Below, in pieces: positions 20,375 to 29,000 of a stretch of DNA of 64,000 nt. The position numbers were made by a program, and so were the translations under genes. The notes beneath the pieces are model-generated. The model did not search any database, was not told the origin of the DNA, and saw nothing but the letters and a program-made list of their open reading frames with translations. Origin of the DNA: Dehalococcoidia bacterium (GTDB lineage: Bacteria; Chloroflexota; Dehalococcoidia; Bin125); assembly GCA_963663895.2 (NCBI GenBank), contig CAXXRD010000001.1, forward strand, positions 224,001 through 288,000, in the 5' to 3' direction. Position 1 is the stretch's first letter; the number at the start of each line of letters is the position of its first letter.

Positions 20375-20571
20375 CTGTGCCACCCTCGCTCTTAGGCATT
20401 GTCGCCTGTCAAGTATCGCTGTCAAGTATCTGGATACGCGGTGGCGGCCTCCCGGCGCGCCGTCGCTGGGGGATGCGTTTCCGCTACGCTGCGCGCACGA
20501 CCGAGGCGGCGATGCTGCCGCGCGCGACCCGCGTAAAGCGGCCGGAACGATCGTAGGGAGAAAGGAGAAAT

Positions 20572-20760
20572 AGAGCGTACGCGGTTGGGAACGGTCCCGC
20601 GGCGCTTCGTAGGGGTCCCCGAGGCAGAGCTTAGATAGAATGAGGGAGCACGGCCGGATGCGGCGGTCCCTCAGTTGGCCAACTAGCCGCCGCTCCGGTC
20701 GTGCTCTCAGTCTCCCGCCTGGGCCGTGCGCGCGTCAAGCCAGCGCTCGCGCTACGTCCT
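20572..20760 (-). repeat. Repeat copy 4 (inverted)
   Basis: Reverse complement gives GCTTGACG-N18-GAGACT, GCACGACCGGAGCG...CATCCGGCCGTGCTCCC...CCCAACCGCGTACGCTCT. Confidence 0.85.
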
Positions 20761-20844
20761 CCGGGGTCGCCCTCGGTAGCGCGGGTTCACGCTCTCCACG
20801 TCAGGAACCATCTCTTCCTGCATTAGTTGACGCTCTAGGCACGT

Positions 20845-20873
20845 TTGACAGACCCCCTAGCGTCTTGGACACT
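20845..20873 (+). promoter_or_regulatory. Sigma70-like promoter of a candidate sRNA
   Basis: TTGACA-N17-GACACT. Confidence 0.45.
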
Positions 20874-20938
20874 GCCGACAGCATCATCCCTGGCGTCCGG
20901 CGCACGTTGCACGTCAGGTTAGGATCCCTCTCTTTCTC

Positions 20939-20969
20939 GAAAGGACGGCGTTGCTGCCGTCTTTTCTTT
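20939..20969 (+). terminator. Intrinsic terminator
   Basis: GAAAGGACGGCG-TTGC-TGCCGTCTTTTC-TTT. Confidence 0.65.
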
Positions 20970-21189
20970 GGGTGAGCGCTCTCTCTTCTTTCGCACGGTG
21001 ATTGCTTGGACGCTTCCGCCCAAGATGCAAGGCCGCCGCGACGATACACGCCTCAAGACAGGTAGAACCCGTAGATCGAGAGGTCGGTCCTTCTTTTCTT
21101 TTAACGCTGTTCGACTCTGAGATCGTCGAAGTACGGGGGAGCAAGGGAGATGACCCGGTCGGCTGTATCTCTGAGTTTCCGCGATGAGG

Positions 21190-21471
21190 CTAAGTCAACT
21201 CTCGCACGAGGACGGAAAGCTTTTCTTCGATCGCAGCGAGCCGCTCCTCGACGCCGCTGAGCCGCCCTTCGACGCCGCTGAGCCGCTCCTCGACGCCGCT
21301 GAGCCGCCCTTCGACGCCGCTGAGCCGCCCTTCGACGCCGCTAAGCCGCTCCTCAAAGCCGTCGAACTGCTTTTGGAGACTTTCGATTCGACCTTCCACG
21401 CGACGAATCTCGCCCATCACCGTCGCGAAGGATTCCGTGACTTGTTCTTCGAAGGTCGTCGTGGCGGACAT
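21190..21471 (-). CDS. Small coiled-coil protein with heptad tandem repeats
   Basis: E(E/G)RLSGV x5, encoded by a 21-bp repeat at about 21238-21352. Confidence 0.8.
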   Translation of the reverse strand: MSATTTFEEQVTESFATVMGEIRRVEGRIESLQKQFDGFEERLSGVEGRLSGVEGRLSGVEERLSGVEGRLSGVEERLAAIEEKLSVLVRELT

Positions 21472-21699
21472 CGTGGTGAGCTCTTTCGCGGCGCCGCGCG
21501 CTTTTCAGCGTTACCTTAGCATGGCGAAGCGCACGAGCCGCGGCGCGCCCGCATCGGCGTCGCCGCCCCTTTTTCGTGGGACAGGGCCAGCTTGATAGCG
21601 TGATAGGGCGCTCCGTCCCGCGCCCCCGCCTCACGGCAGCTCCTCGTACCATCCGGAGCCGAAGAGGAGCCCGTCGTGGCGTACGGCCGGCCCGGCAGC

Positions 21700-21894
21700 C
21701 TACTCCAGAACGAACCACCGCCATACCTCCTCGCGGCGCAGCAGCCGCAGGGCGGTCGACGCCAGCAGCAGGGGCACGGTGACATCGATCACGATCCAGA
21801 GCAGGCCGCTGTCGTTGCCGGGCTCCACCCACTGCACGCCAAACCAGTTCCACAGCAGCGCCAGGAGCAGGGCCGCCGCGCCGTAGAAGGTCAC
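21700..21894 (-). CDS. Small two-TM membrane protein
   Basis: 64 aa, two hydrophobic segments. Confidence 0.5.
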   Translation of the reverse strand: MTFYGAAALLLALLWNWFGVQWVEPGNDSGLLWIVIDVTVPLLLASTALRLLRREEVWRWFVLE

Positions 21895-22001
21895 GATAGC
21901 ACGCTAGCAACGGCCCGCCGCTCGCTGCACGCGCACGCGCACGCGCCCGCGCACGATACCATCAGGCAGGGGATCGGCGGGCACGGAAAAGAGGACCTCC
22001 C

Positions 22002-22961
22002 ATGAAACGATGGATCCGGCATCCCCTCGCGGCAGTGGGGCTGAGCGCGGCGGTGGGCCTGCTGGCGGCGGCGGCGCTGGCGGTGGCGGTCGTGGCCCTG
22101 GTCGCGGACGGCGACAAGGATGGTGACAAGAACGGCGATCGGCGCGCGCCGGACGCCCCCGCCGCGCCGGCGGTGCAGATCGATACCGAGGCGCCCGAGA
22201 AGCCCGCGGCGGCCCCCCTCGAACCCGAACCCCGTCCCGCCGCGCAGCTTGAAAGCCTTGAAAACGACGCGCCGGAGACGGCGGCCGGCGTGCGCGAGAG
22301 CGGGGAACCCGGCGACGGGGACGCCCCCTGGGAGGCGCAGCTGGAGGAATGGCGGCCCGGCGAGGACGGGGGCTTTGAGGACGCCACCGAGATATGGGCA
22401 TGGATGGCCTGGCTTGAGGGCGAGGCCGTGGCGGGATCCCTCGAAGCCGATGCGCTGTGGACCTGGCTGACCCTGCTGCTGGCGGGCGGCATGGAGGCTT
22501 GGGGTGACATGGAGGCCTGGAGCGACTGCGACTGCGAGGCGGCGGGCTGGAGCTCGTCGAGCGAGGACGATGATCCGGTGGCGTGGGGGCCGGGGGAGGA
22601 GCCGTGGCCGGACGAGGAGCCGGGCGAAGATTTCGGCGACGAGGAACGCGTGGTGATCGACGCGGAGATCGCGGACGTCACCATCGTGGTGGCGGAATCG
22701 TGGCCGCCGCAGTACTTCGTGCACGTGACCTCGGTGCAGCCGGACGCCTGCCATCAGTTCGCCGGCTATAGCGAAGAGCGGGAGGGGGACGCGATCACGA
22801 TCACGGTGCTCAACAGCGTGCCCGCCGACCTCGCGACGTACGCCTGCGCGATGATGATCTCCATGACGAAGACGAGCATCCCGCTGGGGAGCGACTTCAC
22901 ATCGGGGCGCACCTACACGGTCACGGTCAACGGGGAGGCGCACCTGCTCGAGGCGCAGTAG
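22002..22961 (+). CDS. Secreted/membrane-anchored acidic hypothetical protein
   Basis: GAGGA RBS, N-terminal hydrophobic helix, Trp/Glu-rich middle, C-terminal AESWPPQY...C...C beta domain. Confidence 0.75.
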   Translation: MKRWIRHPLAAVGLSAAVGLLAAAALAVAVVALVADGDKDGDKNGDRRAPDAPAAPAVQIDTEAPEKPAAAPLEPEPRPAAQLESLENDAPETAAGVRESGEPGDGDAPWEAQLEEWRPGEDGGFEDATEIWAWMAWLEGEAVAGSLEADALWTWLTLLLAGGMEAWGDMEAWSDCDCEAAGWSSSSEDDDPVAWGPGEEPWPDEEPGEDFGDEERVVIDAEIADVTIVVAESWPPQYFVHVTSVQPDACHQFAGYSEEREGDAITITVLNSVPADLATYACAMMISMTKTSIPLGSDFTSGRTYTVTVNGEAHLLEAQ

Positions 22962-23079
22962 CCGCCCGCCGGGGCCTGCCGCCGCGCCCGGGGACCGCCG
23001 GGGGTTGCGGGCGCAACGCAGCGTCCCCAGGGGCGCGGGCCCGGATGTCAGATCGCGCGGCTATCAGTGGCTATTGCTA

Positions 23080-26000
23080 TTAGACGCCGCCATGGGCGGA
23101 GGCTTCCTCTTCTTCCTGGCGCTTCCGGCGGCGGCGCCAGGCGATCAGGAACAGGAAGAGGGGGATCAGTCCCAGCAGGAGCCACGGCCACCAGGCCGTC
23201 GACCCGGACCCATCGCCCGCCCCGATCTGGGTCGCCGGGCCGCGAGTCGTCCGCTCGTCCGCCTCCGCCACCTCTATTGAGGGGACGGGGAACCGGTAGC
23301 TGTAGCCGTAGACGAGGGCGTTCGGGCCCGATTCCGGCGGCAGGTACCACTGCGGCGCGCTGGACACCTGTTTCGAGGGCTGCTGCGACTGCGTGGGCTG
23401 CGGCGACTGCTGCTGCGTGGGCGTGGGCTGGGTCGGTTGCGTGGGCTGCCGCGGCTGCTGTGGCTGCTGCGTGGGCGTGGGCTGGGTCGGCTGCTGCTGC
23501 GTGGGCGTGGGCTGGGTCGGTTGCGTGGGCTGCCGCGGCTGCTGTGGCTGCTGCGTGGGCGTGGGCTGGGTCGGCTGCTGCGGCTGCTGCTGCGTGGGCG
23601 TGGGCCGGGTCGGTTGCGTGGGCGGCGCGCCGGCAGTCGTCAGCCCGGTCTTGGCCGTCGCCGTCGCGGACCAGGGGCCGGCGCCTTCGTCGTTCGCCGC
23701 CCGAACCTGGACCTCGTAGCTGGTGTCCGCCGTGAGGCCCGTGATCGTCGTGCTGGTCCCCGTGCCGGTGAAGGCGTGGCCGGTCCAGGCGGACTCCCCG
23801 CTCTTACGGTACCGCACGTCGTAGTCCGTGATGGGCGGCTTGCCGGTCATGTCCGGGGCCGTCCAGCTTACGTCCAGGGCGCCCGTCGGGTCGGCGCTGT
23901 TGGCGCGCACCTTGGGCGCGGCCGGGGCCGCCGGCGGCTCGTTCACGTCGGTGACGCGGATGGTCACGGCGATGGTGTCGTCGATCGCCGGATCGGCGGT
24001 CCCGTCGGCGGCCTTCCCGTCGCTGACGCTCACGGTGACGCTGTAGGATCGCTTGCTCTCGTAGTCGAGCGCCGCCTTCACCTGGAGCCGGCCCGTGCCC
24101 GCGTCCAGGGCGAAGCTGGCGGCGTCGGTCCCGGCGAGGCTGTAGGCGAGCGCGTCGCCCTCCGGGTCGGTCGCGGTCAACGCCGCGCCGATGGCCGCGC
24201 CGGCGGCCGAGTTCTCCGCGATGGAGCGGGCGGCCGTGTCGGCGGGAAACTCCGCGGGGAGGTTCTCGTCCTGCGTGCTGGCGCTGCCGCTGTCCGACCA
24301 AGGGCTGGCGCCCTCGATGTTCTTCGCCTGGATCTGCACGTCGTAGGTGGTGTCCGCCGCGAGGCCCGTGATCGTCGTGCTGGTCCCCGCGCCGGTGAAG
24401 GCGTGGTCGGTCCAGGTGGAATCCCCGCTCTCGCGGTACCGCACGTCGTAGTCGTTGAGGGGCTGCTTGCCCGTCATGTCCGGGGCCGTCCAGCTCACGT
24501 CCAGGGCGCTCGCCGGGGCGGCGCTGTTGCGGACCACTTTGGGCGCGTCCGGGGCGTCCGGCGGCTCGTGCACGTTGGTGACGCTGATGTCCACCGGGAT
24601 GGTGTAGACCCCCGGGCCGTTGGGGACGAGGCGCTCGGCCTGCGGCGCGTTGGGGTTGGGGCTCTGGATCTGGCCTCCCGCGGCCGCCGTCATCGTGACG
24701 GTCACGCGGTAGGATCGCTTGCTCTCGTAGTCGAGCGTCACGCCCTTCCTGACCGTGATCTGGCCGCTGCCGCCGTCAATGGCGAACTGCGCCGCGTCCG
24801 TCCCGCTCATGCTGTGGGTGAGGGCGTAGCCGTTGGGGTTGGCCGTGGCCGTGACGGCCGCGCCCACGTTGGCCCCGGCGGGGGAGTTCTCCGCCACGTT
24901 CCGCGCCATCGTGCTCGCCCTGGTGATGCCGTTGCCCGAGTTCGACCAGACGCTTTCTCCCTCGTCGTTCTTGCCCTGGATCTGCACGTCGTAGCTGGTG
25001 CCCGCCGCGAGGCCCGTGATCGTCGTGCTGGTCCCCGTGCCGGTGAAGGGGTGGTCGGTCCAGGTGGAATCCCCGCTCTTGCGGTACTGCACGTCGTAGT
25101 CCGTGATGGGCGGCTTGCCGGTCATGTCCGGGGCCGTCCAGGACACGTTCAGCGTACTCGTCGGGTCGGCGCTGTTGGCGCTGTTGGCGCCGAGGGCGGC
25201 GGCGTGGAGATAGCTGCCGCGGGCGCTGGCGACGGAGAGTTGGCCGGCGGAGCCGGAGTTGCCGACGAGGTTGGTCACCGTGGGCGCGGCCGGCTTGTCC
25301 GGCGGCTCGTCCACGTCGGTGACGGTGATGGTCACGGCGACGGCGCCGTCGATCGCCGGGTCGGCGGTCCCGTCGGCGGCCTTCCCGTCGCTGACGTTGA
25401 CGGTGACGCTGTAGGAGGTCGTGCCGGATTCGTAGTCGAGCGCCGTGCCGGCCGCGACCGTGATCTGGCCCGTGGCGGCGCCGATGTCGAACTTGGAGGC
25501 GTCCGCGCCCGTGAGGGTGTAGGTGAGCGCGTCGCCCTCCGGGTCGGTCGCCGTCACCGCCGCGCCCACGTTCGTTCCCGCCGCCGAGTTCTCAGCGACG
25601 CTGCGGGCCAGGGAGGTGTCGCCCGGGTCCAGCTTGGGCAGCTGGGGGACCTCGTTCACGTCGGTGACGGTGATGGTGACGGGGATCGTGTAGCTCCCCG
25701 GCGCGTTGGGGATGAGGCTGAAGCTCTGCGCCTGGACCCCCGCCGCGGCCGCCGTCGCCGTGACGATCACGCTGTAGGATTTCTTGGTCTCGTAGTCGAG
25801 GGCCGTGCCCGCCTTGACCGTGATCTGGCCGCTGCCGCCGTCGATGACGAACTTGGCCGCGTCCGTCCCGCTCATGCTGTGGGTCAGGTCGTAGCCGTTG
25901 GGGTTGGCCGTGGCCGTGACGGGCGCGCCCACGTTGGTCCCGGCCGCCGAGTTCTCGGCGACGCTGCGCGTGACGGCGTCGGCGTCGGTGATGGCCGTGC

Positions 26001-29000
26001 CGGAGCCGGACCAGGCGCCGTCGCCCTCGGCGTTCACCGCCCGCACCTGGACCTCGTAGCTCTTGCCGGTCGTGAGGCCGCTGAGCGTCGTGGAGGTTCC
26101 CGTGCCGCTGAACGAGGCGTCCGTCCAGGCGGAATCGCCCGAGAGCCGGTACTGCACGTCATAGTCGCTGATGGCCGGCTTGCCGGCCATGTCCGGGGCC
26201 GTCCAGGACACGTCCAGCTTCGTGCTCGGCGTGGTGGCGTTGGCGACCACCGTGGGCGCGGCCGGGGCCGGCGGCGGCTCGTCCACGTCGGTGACGGTGA
26301 TGGTGACGGCGATGGTGTCGTCGATCTTCGTGTCGGGGTTGTCGTCGGTGTCCTTCCGGTCGCTGACCTCGACGGTGAGGGTGTAGGAGCTTTTGGCCTC
26401 GTAATCGGGGATGTTGCCGGCCTTGACCGTGATCTGGCCGGTGTTGAGGCCGATGTTGAAGCTGTCCTTGTCGGTTCCGTTCAGCGAGTAGTAGAGGGTG
26501 TGGCCCTCAGTGTCGGTGGCGGTGACCGCCGCGCCGACGTTGGCGCCCGCCGCCGCGTTCTCGGCGATGCTGCGCGTGGCCGTCTGGTCCGGGAACTCGG
26601 CGTGGACGTTCTTGTCCTGGGTGTTGGCGCTGCCGCTGGCCGACCAGGCGCCGTCGCCCTCGTCGTTGACGGCGCGCACCTGCACGTCGTAGCTGGTGCC
26701 TTCGTCGAGGCCGGTGAGGGTCGTGGAGGTGCCCGTGCCGGTGAACCCGTGCGCCGTCCACGTCGAGTCGCTGCTCTTCTTGTACTGCACGTCGTAGTCG
26801 TTGACGGCGGGCTTGCCAGCCATCTGCGTGGTCGTCAGCGCCGTCCAGGACACGTCGAGCTTGGTCTTGGGCGTCGCCGTGTTCTGCGTCACCGTCGGCC
26901 CGTCGGGGGCGGGCGGCGGCTCGTTCACGTCGGTGACGGTGATGGTGACGGGGATCACGTAGTCGCCCGGCGCGTTGGGGGCGAGGCTGAAGCTCTGCAC
27001 CTGGGCCACCGCCGCGGTCACCGTCACGGTGACGCTGTAGGAGGTCGTGCCGGATTCGTAGTCGAGGCTGGTCCCGCTGGCGACCGTGATCTGGCCCGTG
27101 CTGGCGCCGATGGCGAACTTGGAGGCGTCCGTGCCGCTGAGGGCGTGCGTGAGGGCGTAGCCGTTGGGGTTGGACGTGGCCGTCACCGCCGCGCCCACGT
27201 TGGCGTTCGCCGCCGAGTTCTCGGCCACGCTGCGGGTGACGCCGCCCGCCTTCGTGATGGCGCTGCCCGAGCCCGACCAGGCGCCGTCGCCCTCGTCGTT
27301 GACGGCGCGCACCTGGACCTCGTAGCTCTTGCCCTTGGTCAGGCCCGTCAGCGTCGTGCTGGTGGTCGTTCCGGTGAAGGAGGCGTCCGTCCACGTCGAG
27401 CCGCCCGAGAGGCGGTACTGCACGTCGTAGTCCGTGATGGCCGGCTTGCCCGTCATCGCCGGGGCCGTCCAGCTCACGTCCAGCTTCGTGCTCGGCGTCG
27501 TGCTGTTGGCGCTCACCGTGGGCGCGGAGGGCGCGGCCGGCGGCTCGCTCACGTCGGTGACGTTGATGGTCACGGCGATGGTGTCGTCGATGGCCGTGTC
27601 GGCGGTGCCGTCGGCCTTCTTCTTGTCGGTGACGTTGACCGTGACGCTGTAGGAGGTCTTGGCCTCGTAATCGGGGATGTTGCCCGACTTGACCGTGATC
27701 TGCCCTGTCGTCGAGCCGATCTCGAACTTGCTGGCGTCCGTTCCCGTGAGGCTGTAGGTGAGCGTGTCGCCCTCGGGGTCGGCGCCGGCGGCGACCGCCG
27801 CGCCGATGTTCGTCCCCGCGGACGAGTTCTCGGCGATGGAGCGGGTGGCGGTGTCGTCGGAGAACAGCGGCGGCTCGTTCACGTCGGTGACGGTGATGGT
27901 GACGGGGATCACGTAGTCGCCCGGCGCGTTGGGGGCGAGGCTGAAGCTCTGCACCTGGGCCACCGCCGCGGTCACCGTCACGGTGACGCTGTAGGAGGTC
28001 GTGCCGGATTCGTAGTCGAGCGCCGTGCCTGCCTTGACCGTGATCTGGCCCGTGCTGGCGCCGATGGCGAACTTGGAGGCGTCCGTGCCGCTGAGGGCGT
28101 GCGTGAGGGCGTAGCCGTTGGGGTTGGCCGTGGCCGTCACCGCCGCGCCCACGTTGGCGTTCGCCGCCGAGTTCTCGGCCACGCTGCGGGTGACGCCGCC
28201 CGCCTTCGTGATGGCGCTGCCCGAGCCCGACCAGGCGCCGTCGCCCTCGTCGTTGACCGCGCGCACCTGGACCTCGTAGCTCTTGCCCTTGGTGAGGCCC
28301 GTCAGCGTCGTGCTGGTGGTCGTTCCGGTGAAGCTGTGGCTGCTCCAGGTGGAGGTTCCGGTCTGCCGGTACTGCACGTCGTAGTCCGTGATGGCCGGCT
28401 TGCCCGTCATCGCCGGGGCCGTCCAGCTCACGTCCAGCTTCGTGCTCGGCGTCGTGCTGTTGGCGCTCACCGTGGGCGCGGCCGGCGCGGCCGGCGGCTC
28501 GTTCACGTCCGTCACGCTGATGGTGACGGGGACCTTGTAGTCCCCCGGCGCATTGGGATCCACCGACTGCGCGTTCGCGCCCTGCGTCTTCGCCGCCGCC
28601 GTTACGGTCACCGTCACGCTGTAGCTTGTCTTGCTCTCGTAGTCGGGGATGTTGCCCGTCTTCACCGTGATCTGCCCGGTGGACGAGCCGATCTCGAACT
28701 TGCTCGCGTCCGTCCCGCTCAGCGCGTGCGTGTAGGTGTAGGTGGTATTGGTGGACTTTGCCGTCACCGCCGCGCCGATATTGGTTCCCGCCGCCGAGTT
28801 CTCGGCGATGCTGCGCGTGACCGCGTTGGCGTCGGTGATCGCCGTGCCGGAGTCGGACCAGTCGCCGTTGCCCTCGGCGTTGACGGCCCGCACCTGCACC
28901 TCGTAGCTCTTGCCCTTGGTCAGGCCCGTCAGCGTCGTGGAGGTTCCCGTTCCGGTGAAGCTGTGCGAGGTCCAGGCGGAATCGCCGGTCTTGCGGTACT

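Noticed and set aside
19149-21352. 33-bp and 21-bp repeats as a possible mini-CRISPR
   Set aside because: Contiguous, spacer-less, in-frame coding repeats
18073-21900. Integron cassette array interpretation of the repeats and small ORFs
   Set aside because: No IntI, no consistent RYYYAAC/GTTRRRY ends, ORFs lie in both orientations and have their own promoters
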